From NCBI GenBank assembly GCA_030390025.1, contig CM059431.1, positions 96,908,001-96,972,000 of the forward strand: 64,000 nucleotides of DNA, read 5' to 3'. The translations under genes and the position numbers were made by a program. The DNA comes from Squalus acanthias. Lineage: Eukaryota. Below, piece after piece: positions 1 to 12,700 of the stretch. Numbering within the stretch: position 1 is the first letter of the stretch; every line of letters begins with the position of its first letter. The notes beneath the pieces are model-generated. The model searched no databases and had not been told where the DNA came from. It worked only from the letters and a program-made list of their open reading frames with translations.

Positions 1-2480
1 ACTATTTCTAGGGCCACTTCCTTAAGTACCCTAGGATGTAGATTATCAGGCCCTGGGGATTTATCAGCCTTTAATGCCGTCAATTTCCCTAACACCATTT
101 CCCTACAAATACTGATTTCATTCAGTTCCTCCCTCTCATTAGACCCTGTGTTCCTCGACATCTCTGGGAGGTTATTTGTGTTCTCCTTTGTGAAGACAGA
201 GCCAAAGTATGTATTTAATTGGTCTGCCATTTCTTTGTTCCCCATTATAAATTCCCCTGATTCTGACTGCAAGGGACCTATGCTTGACTTCACCAATCTT
301 TTTCTCTTCACATATTTATAAAAGCTTTTACAGTCAGTTTTTATGTTCCCTGCAAGCTTACGCTCGTACTCTATTTTCCCCCTTTTAATTAATCCCTTTG
401 TCCTCCTTTGCTGAATCCTAAACTGCTCAATCCTCAGGTTTACTTTTTTTTCTGGCCAATTTATATGTCCTCTCCTTGGATCTTATGCTATCCCTGATTT
501 CCCTTGTCAGCCATGGTTGAGTCACCTTTTTAATTTTATTTTTATGCCAGACAGGGATGAACAAATTCTGTAGTTCATCCATGCAATCTTTGAATGTTTG
601 CCATCGCCTATCCACCGTCAACCCTTTGAGTAACATTCCCAAATCTATCCTACCCAACTCATGCCTCACACCATCGTAGTTTCCTTTATTTAAATTCAGG
701 ACCCTAGTCTCTGAGTCAACTATTTCATTCTCCACCTTAATGAAGAATTCTATCATATTATGATTGCTCCGCCCAAGGGGCCCCGTACAACAAGATTGCT
801 AATTAATCCTTCCTCGTTACATAATACCCAGTCTAAGATGGCCTGGTCTCTAGTTGGTTCCTCGACATATTGGTCCAGGAAACCATCCCGTATACACTCC
901 AGGAATTCCTCCTCCACAGTATTGTTGCTAATTTGGTTAGCCCAATCTATATGTAGATTAAAGTCACCCATGATAACTGCTGTGCCCTTATTGCATGCGT
1001 CTCTAATTTCCTGTTTAATGCCATCGCCAACCTCTGCATTACTGTTTGGGGGTCTGTATACCACTCCCACTAACGTTTTCTGCCCCTTGATATTTCTCAG
1101 CTCTACCCATACGGATTCCACATCATCAAAGCTAATATCCTTCCTTACAATTGTGTTAATCCCCTCTTTAACCAGCAATGCTACCCCACCTCCTTTTCCT
1201 TTTTGCCTGTCTTTCCTGAATATTGAATACCCCTGGATGTTGAATTCCCAGCCTTGGTCACCCTGGAGCCATGTCTCCGTAATCCCAATCATATCATATC
1301 CGTTTACCTCTATTAGCGCAGCTAATTCATCCACCTTATTATGAATGCTCCTCGCATTAAGACATAAAGCCTTCAGGCTTGTTTTTTTTAACACTCTTAG
1401 ACCTTTTAGAATTATTATTTACTGTGGCCATGTTTGATTTAAACTCTTGATTTCTCTGACTGTCACCTTTGCTTTTCTCCTTCCTGTCTTTTGCTTCTAT
1501 CCTTGTTTCCCTTTCCTCTGTCTCCCTGCTCAGGTTCCCAACTCCCTGCCATTTTAGTTTAAACCCTCCTCCCCCAGAGCACTAGCAAACACTCCCCCTA
1601 GGACATCGGTCCCGGCCCTGCCCAGGTGCAAACCGTCCAGTTTGTACTGGTCCCACCTCCCCCAGAACCGGTTCCAATGTCCCAGGAATTTGAATCCCTC
1701 CCCCTTGCACCATTCCTCTAGCCACGTATTCATTTGAAATATCCTTCTATTTCTACTCTGACTAGCACGTGGCACTGGTAGCAATCCTGAGATTACTACC
1801 TTTGAGGTCCTATTTTTTAATTTACCTCCTAACTCCATATATTCTGCTTTTAGGACCTCATCCCGTTTTTTTATCTGTATCGTTGGTACCTATATGCACC
1901 ACGACAACTGGCTGTTCACCCTCCCCCTCCAAAATGCTCTGTAGCTGCTCCGAGACATCCTTAACCCTTGCACCAGGGAGGCAACATACCATCCTGGAGT
2001 CTCGTTTGCGGCCGCAGAAACGCCTATCTATTCCCCTTACAATAGAATCCCCTATCACTATAGCTCTCCCACTCTTTTTCCTCCCATCCTGTGCAGCAGA
2101 ACCACCCACGGTGCCAGGAAGTTGGCTGCTGCTGTCTTCCCCTGATAAGCCATCTCCCTCAACAACATCCAAAGCAGTATATCTGTTTGAGAGGGGGATG
2201 GCCACAGGGGACCCCTGCACTACCTGTCTGCACCTCCTACTCTGCCTGGTGGTCACCCATTCCCTTCCTGCCTGTACAGCCTTTACCTGCGGTGTGACCA
2301 ACTCCCTAAACGTGCTATCCACGATGTCCTCAGCATCGCGAATGCTCCAGTATGCATCCATCCGCAGCTCCACTGCCACAATGCGGTCTGTCAGTAGCTG
2401 CAGCTGGATACACTTCCTGCACACATGGTCAACAGAGACACAGGAAGTGTCCCTGTTTTCCCACATAGCACAGGAGATCC
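1..2480 (-). mobile_element. CR1-family LINE, 5' part (ORF1 + endonuclease end of ORF2), continues off left edge
   Basis: ORF 753..1394 has APE-type endonuclease motifs (LNARS, ITETW, GGGVAL, VYRPP, GDFN); 427..756 continues ORF2 after a frameshift; DNA closely matches the copy at 9150-10590. Confidence 0.95.
1554..2466 (-). pseudogene. CR1 ORF1, SGNH/GDSL esterase-like, frameshifted
   Basis: ORFs 1858..2466 and 1554..1838 carry an N-terminal CxxC/leucine-rich part, then GDSIVRG, HIGTND and DGLHL blocks typical of CR1 ORF1; frameshift near 1860. Confidence 0.9.
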
Positions 2481-2718
2481 ATGCCCCTCAATCATTGTTC
2501 TTTTGAAGGCTGGGCCCTTGAGCTCTAGGTGCCTGGACTCTCAGCTGAGGCTGATTATTTCTTCACCCTCCATGGAGGAGCAACTCACTCCTGCTCTTCC
2601 ACTCCCAACTCACTAATGCTCGGTGTTTCACCCAGTGAAAGCACTTCTAACTCCTTCCTTCTGAGTAGGCTCTGGGTTGGTGTTGGTTCCCAGTCAACAA
2701 TGCAGAGAGGGAGTGAGG

Positions 2719-2835
2719 AACATAGAAACAGGAGTAGGCCATTCAGCCCCTTGAGCCTGTTCTGTCATTCAAGGAGATCATGGCTGCTCTGTGTCTTAAC
2801 TCCATTCAGCTGCCTTGGCTCCATATTTCTTCATA
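2719..2835 (-). mobile_element. CR1 3' tail fragment
   Basis: aacatagaaacaggagtaggccattcagcccc matches the reverse-complemented CR1 end at 7691 and 59347. Confidence 0.75.
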
Positions 2836-2850
2836 GCCTCGGTATAACTT

Positions 2851-2946
2851 GGGTGGGGTGTAAATCAGGCGGGATGTGAATCGGGCGGGGTGTAAATCAG
2901 GTGGGATGTGAATCGGGTGGGGTGTAAATCAGGCGGGATGTGAATA
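2851..2946. repeat. 32-bp tandem repeat, about 3 copies
   Basis: Unit gggtggggtgtaaatcaggcgggatgtgaatc read directly. Confidence 0.85.
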
Positions 2947-3007
2947 AGGTGGCCGATCTGATATTGTCAGTTTTCCGCCGGGCAGGTTAGATTATAATGA
3001 CCCTCAG

Positions 3008-3152
3008 ACTGTTTCCAGTGGTTGTGGGGTCCAGAACAAGGGGACATCGTTACAAGATTAAATGCAAGAGATTTAGGACAGAGAGCATTAGAAACGTTTT
3101 CATACCAAGGCTGTGGAATTCAGTACCAAAGTTAGTGATTGATGCAGAGACC
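3008..3152 (+). mobile_element. Degraded CR1 ORF2 C-terminal fragment
   Basis: tccagaacaaggggacat...tttaggacagag...ctgtggaattc resembles the SRTRGH..FRTE..LWNS region of the intact copies. Confidence 0.65.
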
Positions 3153-3498
3153 TATTTGTCATTAAGGTAATTTCGCTGTCCACATGGTCCTTGTGCAAGG
3201 GGCCACTTTAAAAAGTAAAAAAAAAATCTCCCCAATCTTCGGGGGTCTTGCAGGCTTCCTCCGTGAAGATTTCAAGGGTCGAGACAAGAGTGCCAATCAT
3301 TTCTGCCAATAGGGCAACATTGCCTATGAAATCTAGGTCCGTGAATAGAGGCTCCATCCATCGAGCGATGGTTGCTCCTTCCTAGAACGGTTTCAAAGGA
3401 ATCTGGAGTGATGAGACACCCTTGTCTAATACCGGAGTTGACTGGAAAGGGCTGACGCTCATCCCTTTCAAATCCTCACCGAGGATAAGGCAGAGACT

Positions 3499-3598
3499 TA
3501 TTCTGATGAAAGGTCATCGACCTGAAACGTTAACTCTCTTTCTCTCTCCACGGATGCTGCCTGGCCTGCTGAGTTTTTCCAGCGTTTTCTGTTGTTAT
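3499..3598 (+). mobile_element. 100-bp Penelope-like terminal mini-insert with minimal hammerhead motif
   Basis: ctgatga-a-aggtc-atc-gacct-gaaa-cgtt core; 13-bp direct repeat taaggcagagact at 3486-3498 and 3599-3611; same sequence lies downstream of the GIY-YIG ORF at 59010..59279. Confidence 0.85.
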
Positions 3599-3893
3599 TA
3601 AGGCAGAGACTAATCGTTTGAGCTTATCAGGGCTCCCAAGGATGGAAAATATTTGCCAAGGGGCAGGTCTATACATAGAGCCAAATGCTGATTTAAGATC
3701 AACAGAGGCCACATATTGGGCCATGATATTCTCGCCTGGTCTGTGCGTCGGTATCCGATCAACTGTCCATCAGCCAGGGTGAAGCAACTTTACTTTTGTC
3801 TTCTCTTCTTATGTAGAAGAGGTCCTAATCTGCTCAGAAGTATATGAGCAAAATGCCTTTCCTGTGGGAGGAGGGGGGGGGGGGGGAGGCGGT

Positions 3894-4147
3894 GGTGACA
3901 GTGGGAACATGTGAAGGAGTGACAGTGGGAACATGTGAAGGGGTGACAGTGGGAACATGTGAAGGGGTGATAGTGGGAACATGTGAAGGGGTGACAGTGG
4001 GAACATGTGAAGGGGTGACAGTGGGAACATGTGAAGGGGTGACAGTGGGAACATGTGAAGGGGTGACAGTGGGAACATGTGAAGGGGTGACAGTGGGAAC
4101 ATGTGAAGGGGTGACAGTGGGAACATGTGAAGGGGTGACAGTGGGAA
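3894..4147. repeat. 24-bp minisatellite, about 10.5 copies
   Basis: Unit ggtgacagtgggaacatgtgaagg; explains the 8-aa repeat ORFs. Confidence 0.97.
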
Positions 4148-6478
4148 GGAACATTTAACGAAGTGCCGTTTCATGCTACTTCCAGTCTTACACGGGAGAA
4201 CCAATGTGTTTGCCGTGTCTCGCTTCCTGGTGCCGCCAGGCCCTTCGCCCATTCCGCCGGCTCCCGCCCAGATTTTCTCCAGAAACTTTTATTCACCTTC
4301 CTGCCAGTGCCAGGAAACAGACCCTCCCTTCTCAACTCCGCTTCCTGCACCTCGTCCTCCACAGAAGGGGATCGGAATCTGGAACCGCTCCTCGCAAGCA
4401 ACACTTTTTACTTTTAGCAATTCCTTGGGGTAAATAAAATCCTGAAAGCTCATAAATGAACCGGTGATGGGGAATCCCGAATTTCAATGTCACAACACTC
4501 CACAAACACCCCTCTGTCCCGAACCCTGCCAGAACTGCACACCTCTGTTAGACCAGCAATGCCTCGCCTGGCACAGAAAGCTATGCGTCTCAGCACCTGC
4601 CAGTGACCAAGGCAGCAAGGTTTTATTGGAGGGTATTTAAATGCGAGTCCGCCAGTCCAAACAAAAATCTCAAATAGGAATTTCACAAGGTTCAAGTAGA
4701 AAACATTATCACTTCAATCAATCTGACAATTTAAATAAAGCAAACGGAAAGACAAAACTTCTAAAGTACAAATTCCAAGCACTGGTTCTGTATCACTCGT
4801 CTATCAATAACTTCACCCCCGTTCACTGCAATATTCCGCGGGACATTTCGCAGCTCCAGCCCAACTAATGGGTTTCACTGGTGGAATTGCGGGACTGACC
4901 AGCTCTGGAAGATCATCTGTTCTTTCTGTGTTTCTATCCAGTGACCTAAAGCACAATCTTTCCACAGGAATTGTCCGATAAAAATAATCAGAGAGCTGTC
5001 AGGGGTTGCTTGAAAGCCACTGCACCTGTCCAGAGGAAATGCGGCCAAAGTACGCCAGCTGTAGAGGCAATGCCCCCCCCCCCCCTCCCTTTATCGCGGG
5101 GGAGACGGTGGAACATGGGCCCCACCAGCTCCTAAGCTGCGCTTCTGGAGCTGCCATTTTGCAGATTGATGGGCTAAACCGATCCGGTTATCCAGTACGC
5201 GAGATTACAGACGGATGCGAATTCCTGGCAATTGCCTGTCACTCCGGCTCACGCAGTGAGAGGAGAATCCGCCGGGACCCGATCAATTCACAAATATAAA
5301 ATAAAGTAGCCACTGAAGAGAGAAGGTACACGATGAGGACTTCAAATACTACTGACCCATTCAAAGTGAGTCCGGCCCACTACCCCTCCCGAAAGAAACC
5401 TGTCTGTGTTCTGCCTCCGAGTCTGAAGGAAGGAGTGACATTACTAAGTGTTCCTGCTATTCACAACACTTCAGCAAGTAAAGACTGTTAACACTGGTCT
5501 GGAATACAAGAGCACATCAGATCGGTTGGGAGAACAAAGGCAGGAACTGAAGGTGCTGTTTATTCGATCCAAGTATTAAGCACATGGCAACATTCTACAG
5601 AATCTCTAAAGAAACGACCGTTTGTTATTACAGACCTAGAAATTGGTGAAATTCATCAGCCTCCATTTCCATAAAACATGTCAGTAAGGCCAGAAACAGA
5701 AACCTCGGAAATAATACCATTCTGAAAACAGCACAAAGATATAGAGCCAGCATGTGTCGGATAAATCTCTCTCGCCCCTTCTACACGGATTCTCCTGGAC
5801 TGAATCACTTCACAAAGGTTCCTGTGAAGTCACAGATCCTTCCAATGTTAGAATTCCACAGGCCAGCAGCCGAGAACAGAGCAAGTCGGGTTTTGTCCAT
5901 CACCTCTCCGAGAACCCAATTAACATCGACCAGCACCCGCTGATAAAATGTGCCCATTTGACAGCTGGCATGTGCTGGCTGTTGGGAGTTTTAGTGGCGA
6001 GCCCAAGAACCGTGCGGCGTCCACTGACAGGAACACGTCAACCTGGCTCGAACTGGCAAGCATCGCTTGGGCTCAGGAGGAGCAACGTGTCATTCATATA
6101 TTGTTTCCTCTTCCTGTTGTTTCTCTCCTTTTTCTCTATTTCTTTTTCTCTCTATTCTGCATTTCACTATATTTACAGCTCTCCCGCGGGACTGTGGGCT
6201 TTCTATGTGCTTTCTCTCATCTTTTCTCGCTCACAAGGAAAAGTAGGCAGGAGACGGCTATGGAGGCAAGACTATCCCAGCATTCACAGAGCCACTGATA
6301 CCCATCTATTACAGTGACAGGCCTGATAGGTTTAATAGAGAGCTTTCACCACTGTTATGTGTGCTGGGATAACTCTGCTTCCATACCCTCATTCTCCAAT
6401 GAACAGCAAGAGAGCTGGCAGGATACTGATGTAGGATAGAGCATGTTCCCCAGGAGAGACTCTGCTCTTAAATAACAT

Positions 6479-6565
6479 CAGAAAGTGCTGGAAACACGCA
6501 GCAGGTCAGGCAGCATCGAGGAGAGAGAAACAGAGTCAACCTTTCGAGTCGAACCCTTCGTCAGA
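6479..6565 (-). mobile_element. Penelope-like terminal fragment with hammerhead core
   Basis: Reverse complement reads ctgacgaagggttcgactcgaaaggttgactctgtttctctctcc. Confidence 0.75.
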
Positions 6566-7690
6566 GACTCTGGTCTTACCCGAAGACTCACACTGAATGC
6601 GCAGTGCTGGTCGCCCAGGAATTCGATTGCGTGTGTCGTGTGTACCCGATACTGTGGCCCCACACATGACACCAGGTGTGTTCCCGTTGTTTGGGACATT
6701 TTACCCTTAAAGGTGCTATATAAATACAAGTCGTTGTTGTTGAAGACAAACTGAGAAACACTCTAGTGAGACGGGGCCAATTTTAAACCAAGAAACTTTT
6801 TTTACTTGAAGTATACGAATTAACAGAAGCGTTTTTTCAACGGATTCAATCAATTCCTTAGTGCTCCTTATGATATCAAAACGATAAATCAAGCAATTTT
6901 GCCCTTTCACATCGGCCTAACTCCCTTTACATGTCCTCGACCTCTGAACTGACTGCACTAGCCTAAGAAAGCGAGACAGCCACATCTCACTCTGACTGTT
7001 CCAGACTCAAGCCTGCTCAGACTGACTTTACCAGGGAGAGAAAAAGCAAAAGTGACCCCTGACCCCTCCCTCAGCTCTCTGCCAATGATTGACTTGCCAA
7101 GCTGCAAATCAAAGCTACCCACCATGTTGAATGAGTAACTTTCCTGCTCGGAACCATGGCAACTACAGTGCCTGTTCAGTTAGGCCTCTTACCAGTCTCG
7201 CATTACACTTGCAAACATCCCTGGAATGCTAATACTCGTACAAATGAACACTCATTGTCTCAAACTGATGTGGCATCACAGTTTTAATTGTTCACTCATT
7301 TTCCTTCAGGAAAGCTCCATCAATCTCCGAGCCATACTTTATTAGTTGGAAAAGTATGCTGCAATTCTGGGAACGTTATATCAGTGACATAACCCAGGAA
7401 ATTCTCGGAGCTGCTCCCATTCCGCCGGCATTACTCAGCTGGAAGTGCGGTGTAAAGGGAGTTTCCAACGCGCTGATGGAGGTGGAGCAGGAGCCACAAT
7501 ATAAAGTAGCGTGAAAACTCCTTCCAGAGTAAATATAGGTAAAAATTGCGAAACATTCCACCCCTGTAGAAATTCTTATGACTTGAATCTGGACAGATTG
7601 CCACAGCCACCAATTACTATTCACCCAGGGGTCCCCCATCTCCCACAGTAGCAGTGTAGCACCTGGCCAAGGTAGGACAGGAGGCTTCAA

Positions 7691-10592
7691 ACATAGAACA
7701 TAGAAGATAGGAGCAGGAGTAGGCCATTCGGCCCCTCGAGCCTGCTCCACCATTCAATGCGATTATGGCTGATCATCCAAAATCAGTACCCTGTCCCTAC
7801 TTTCTCCCCATATCCCTTGATCCCCTTAGCCTTAAGAAATATATCTAACTCCTTCTTGAATATATTTAATGAATTGGACTCAACTGTCTTCTGTGGTAGA
7901 GAATTCCACAGGTTCACCACTCTCTGGGTGAAGAAATTCCTCCTCATCTCAGTCCTAAATGGCTTACCCCTTATCTTTAGACTGTGACCCCTGGTTTTGG
8001 ACTCCCCCGCCATCGGGAACATCCTTCCTGCATCTAGTCTGTCTAGTCCTGTTAGAATTTTATAAGTTTCAATGAGATCCCCTCTCATTCTTCTAAACTC
8101 TAGCGAATACAAGCCCAAGTGACCCAATCTCTCTTCATACATCATTCCTGCCATCCCAGGTATCAGTCTGGTGAATCTTCGCTGCACACCCTCCATGGCA
8201 AGAACATCCTTCCTCAGATAAGGCGACCAGAACTGCACACAATACTCAAGGTGTAGTCTCACCAAGGCCTTGTACAACTGCAGCAAGACATCCTTGCTCC
8301 TGTACTCGAATCCTCTCGCAATGAAGGCCAACATACCATTTGCCTTCTTAACCGCCTGCTGCACCTGCATGCTTACCTTCAGCGACTGGTGCACAAGGAC
8401 ACCCAGGTCTCGTTGCACTTCCCCTTTTCCCAATCTATTGCCATTCAGATAATAATCTGCCTTCCTGTTTTTGCCACCAAAGTGGATAACCTCACATTTA
8501 TCCACATTATACTGCATCTGCCATGCATCTGCCCAATCACCCAACCTATCCAAATCATACTGGAGTTTCTCTGCATCCTCCTCACAGCACACACGCCCAC
8601 CCAACTTTGTGTCATCTGCAAACATGGATATATTACATCTAGTTCCCTCGTCTAGATCATTAATATATATTGTGAATAACTGGGTTCCTAGCACCGATCC
8701 CTGCGGTACCCCACTAGTCACTGCCTGCCACTTGGAAAAAGACCCGTTTATTCCAACTCTTTGCTTAATGTCTGCCAACTGGTTTTCTATCCAAGTCAGT
8801 ACCTTACCCCCAATCCCATGTGCTTTAACTTTGCATGCTAATCTCTTATGCGGGACCTTATCGAAAGCCTTCTGAAAGTCCAAATACACCACATCCACTG
8901 GTTCTCCCTTATCTATTCTACCAGTTACATCCTCAAAAAATTCCAGTAGATTAGTCAAGCATGATTTACCTTTTGCAAATCCACGTTGACGTTGTCCGAT
9001 CCTGTCACTGTTTTCCAAGTGCTCTGCTATTACATCTTTTATAATGGACTCTAGCATTTTCCCCACTACCGATGTCAGGCTTACCGGTCTATAATTCCCT
9101 GTTTTCTCTCTACCACCTTTTTTAAATAGTGGGGTTACATTAGCTACCCTTCAATCCATGGGAACTGTTCCAGAGTCTATAGAATTTTGGAAGATGACCA
9201 GCAATGCATCTACTATTTCTAGGGCCACTTCCTTAAGTACCCTAGGATGTAGATTATCAGGCCCTGGGGATTTATCGGCCTTCAATCCCATCAATTTCCC
9301 TAACACCATTTCCCTAGAAATACTGATTTCATGCAGTTCCTCCCTCTCATGAGACCCTATGTTCCCCGACATCTCTGGGAGGTTATTTGTGTCCTCCTTT
9401 GTGAAGACAGAATCAAAGTATGTATTTAATTGGTCAGCCATTTCTTTGTTCCCCATTATAAATTCCCCTGATTCTGACTGCAAGGGACCTACGCTTGACT
9501 TCACCAATCTTTTTCTCTTCACATATCTATAGAAGCTTTTACAGTCAGTTTTTATGTTCCCTGCAAGCTTACTCTCATACTCTATTTTCCCCTTCTTAAT
9601 TAATCCCTTTGTCCTCCTTTGCTGAATCCTAAACTGCTCCCAATCCTCAGGTTTGCTGCTTTTTCTGGCCAAATTATATGTCCTCTCCTTGGATCTTATG
9701 CTATCCCTAATTTCCCTTGTTAGCCACGGTTGAGTCACCTTTTTTGTTTAATTTTTATGCCAAACAGGGATGAACAAATTTTGTAGTTCATCCATGTGAT
9801 CTTTAAATGTTTGCCATTGCCTATCCACCGTCAACCCTTTAAGTAACGTTCCCCAATCCATCCTAGCCAACTCGCGCCTCATACCATCGTAGTTTCCTTT
9901 ATTTAAATTCAGGACCCTAGTCTCTGAGTCAACTACTTCACTCTCCATCTTAATGAAGAATTCTATCATATTATGATTGCTCCTCCCGAAGGGGCCTCGC
10001 ACAACAAGATTGCTAATTAATCCTTTCTCATTACATAATACCCAGTCTAAGATGGCCTGATCTCTGGTTGGTTTCTCGACATATTGGTCCAGGAAACCAT
10101 CCTGTATACACTCTAGGAATTCCTCCTCCACAGTATTGTTACTAATTTGATTAGCCCAATCTATATGTAGATTAAAGTCACCCATGATAACTGCTGTGCC
10201 CTTATTGCATGCATCTCTAATTTCCCATTTAATGCCATCCCCAACTTCAGCATTACTGTTTGGGGGTCTGTATACAACTCCCACTAACGTTTTCTGCCCC
10301 TTGATATTTCTCAGCTCTACCCATACAGATTCCACATCATCAGAGCTAATATCTTCCTTACTATTGTGTTAATCTCCTCTTTAACCAGCAATGCTACCCC
10401 ACCTCCTTTTCCCTTTTGCCTGTCCTTCCTGAATATTGAATACCCCTGGATGTTGAATTCCCAGCCTTGGTCACCCTGGAGTCATGTCTCCATAATCCCA
10501 ATTATATCATATCCGTTTACATCCATTTGTGCAGCTAACTCATCCACATTATTACGAATGCTCCTCGCATTAAGACACAAAGCCTTCAGTTT
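7691..10592 (-). mobile_element. CR1 LINE with near-complete, disrupted ORF2 and 3' tail
   Basis: RT ORF 7783..9066 ([22 protein letters not shown]), upstream ORFs 9151..9738 and 9748..10335, endonuclease start near 10590, (ttctatg)-type tail at 7691. Confidence 0.96.
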
Positions 10593-12700
10593 GCATGTTC
10601 TTGCCCACTCACGTAGCCTGTCTATTTCCCCTTGAAGCCTCTTTGCATCCTCCTCACAACTTACATTTCCACATAGCTTTGTATCATCAGCAAACTTGGA
10701 TACATTGCCCGAAAATGACCCATTTATTCCTACTCTCTGTTTTCTCTCCATTAACCATTCCTCAATCCATGCTAGTATATTGCCCCCAATCCCATGAGCC
10801 CTAATTTTGTTTAATAACCTCTTGTGTGCCACCTTATCGAATGCCTTCTGAAAATCCAAATTCATCACATCCACTAGTTCCCCCTTATCTATTCTGCTAG
10901 TTACAACCTCAATAAACTCGGACAGATTTGTCAAACATGATTTCCCTTTCATAAATCCATGTTGACTCTGCCCAATCCTATTATTATTTTCTAAGTGCCC
11001 TGTTACCATGTCCTTAATAATAATTGTAGCATTTTCCCTACCACTGATGTCAGGCTAACTGGTCTGTAGTTCCCCATTTTCTCTCTCCCTCCTTTCTTCA
11101 ATAGTGGCGTTATATTTGCTATCTTCCAAACCACTGGAACCATTCTAGAATCTATGGAATTTTGGAAGAAGACAACCAATGCATTCACTATCTCTATAGC
11201 AACCTCTTTCAAAATCCTAGGATGTAGGCCATCAGGTGCACAGGATTTATCAGCTTTCAGTCCCATTAATTTCCCCAGAACTTTTTTTTACGAATACTAA
11301 TTTCTTTCATTTCCTCATTCTCGCTAGACCCTTTGTTCTCCGCTATTTCTGGGAGTTTTTTTTGCGTCTTCTTCCATGAAGACAGACACAAAGTATTTGT
11401 TTAATTTCTTCACCATTTCCTTATTCCCTATTATAATTTCTCCTGTCTCAGCCTGTAAAGGACCCACATTTACTTTTGCTAATCTTTTCCTTTTTACATA
11501 CCTATAGAAGCTTTTACAATGTGTTTTTATTTCTCTTGCTAGTTTACTCTCATATTCTATTTTCCCTTTCTTTATCAATTTCTTGGTCCTCCTTTGCTGA
11601 ATTCTAAAATTCTCCAAATCCTCAGGCGTACTGTACTTTTTGGCAACATTATAAGCCTCTTCCTTTGATCTAATACTATCTTTAACTTCTCTTGTTAGCC
11701 ACGGTTGGACTACTTTTCCTGTGGGGTTTTTGTGCCTTAAAGGAATGTATATTTGTTGAAAATTATGTATTAATTCATTAAATGCTAGCCATTGCTTGTC
11801 TACCATCATATCTTTTAATGTAGTTTCCCAAACTATCTTAGCCAAATCGCCCCTCATACCTACATAGTTTGCTTTGTTTAGATTTAAGACCCTAGTTTCA
11901 GATTTAACGAAATCACTTTCGAACTTAATACAAAATTCCATCATATTATGGTCACTCTTCCCTAAAGGCCCTTTTACTGCAAGGTTATTAATTAATCCTT
12001 TCTCATTGCACAATACTAGATCTAAAATAGCCTGTTCCCTAGTTGGTTCCTCAACACACTAATTTCCTGATTTATACTCTGCCCTACATTACAACTACTG
12101 TTTGGGGGCCTATAAACAACTCCCACCAATGTTTTCTGTCCCTTGCTGTTTCTTAGCTCCACCCAAACTGATTTTACTTCTAGATTTTTGGAGCTAAGAT
12201 CCTTTCTCTCTACTGTCTTTATCCCATCCTTTATTATCAGGGCTACTCCTCTTCCTTTTCCATTTTGCTTATCTCTTTTAAACATTACATATCCTGGAAT
12301 ATTTAGTTCCCAACCATGGTCACTTTGCAACCACATCTCCATAATGGCTATTAGATCAAACCTATTAATTTCTATCTGTGCTATTAATTCATCTATTTTG
12401 TTGCAAATGCTTCGTGCATTCAGATATAGTGCCTTTAGCTTTGACTTATTTCTATTTTTCCCTGATGTCCTCTTAGTCACTGATTCCCTATTACCTTTGT
12501 TACTCTCTCTGTCCCTTCCTGACCCACTCTGCTTATTTTTACCCCAAACTCTGCTCTGCTCTAGAGCCTTGGCATTTCTCTCGCTGCTTTTAAGTTTACT
12601 CTTTCTTGAATCCTCCCACCCACCCACCTTCATTAGTTTAAAGCCCTGTCTACTGCCCTAGTTATTCGATTCGCCAGGACACTGGCTCCAGCCTGATTAA
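10593..12700 (-). mobile_element. Second CR1 subfamily copy, 3'-truncated with internal deletions
   Basis: ORFs 12022..12633 (endonuclease), 11324..12013, 11003..11266 and 10482..11009 (RT part). Segments are missing near 12060 and 10708 relative to other copies. Confidence 0.92.

Noticed and set aside
760..2506. Long plus-strand ORFs and similar ones opposite other CR1 copies (e.g. 41021..41758)
   Set aside because: Antisense shadows of CR1 ORFs, recurring in each copy.
3809..4252. Repeat-protein ORFs (also at 16203-16674, 29423-30241 and 39027-39344)
   Set aside because: Open frames follow from unit lengths divisible by 3 on both strands; no gene context.
5754..6317. 187-aa ORF with hydrophobic stretch
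   Set aside because: Hydrophobicity comes from a CT-rich low-complexity tract; no recognisable domain.
4960..7580. Additional MITE-like CpG-rich patches (also near 19980-20215, 37650-37910 and 55190-55500)
   Set aside because: Look repeat-derived, but I could not pair TIRs and TSDs with confidence.
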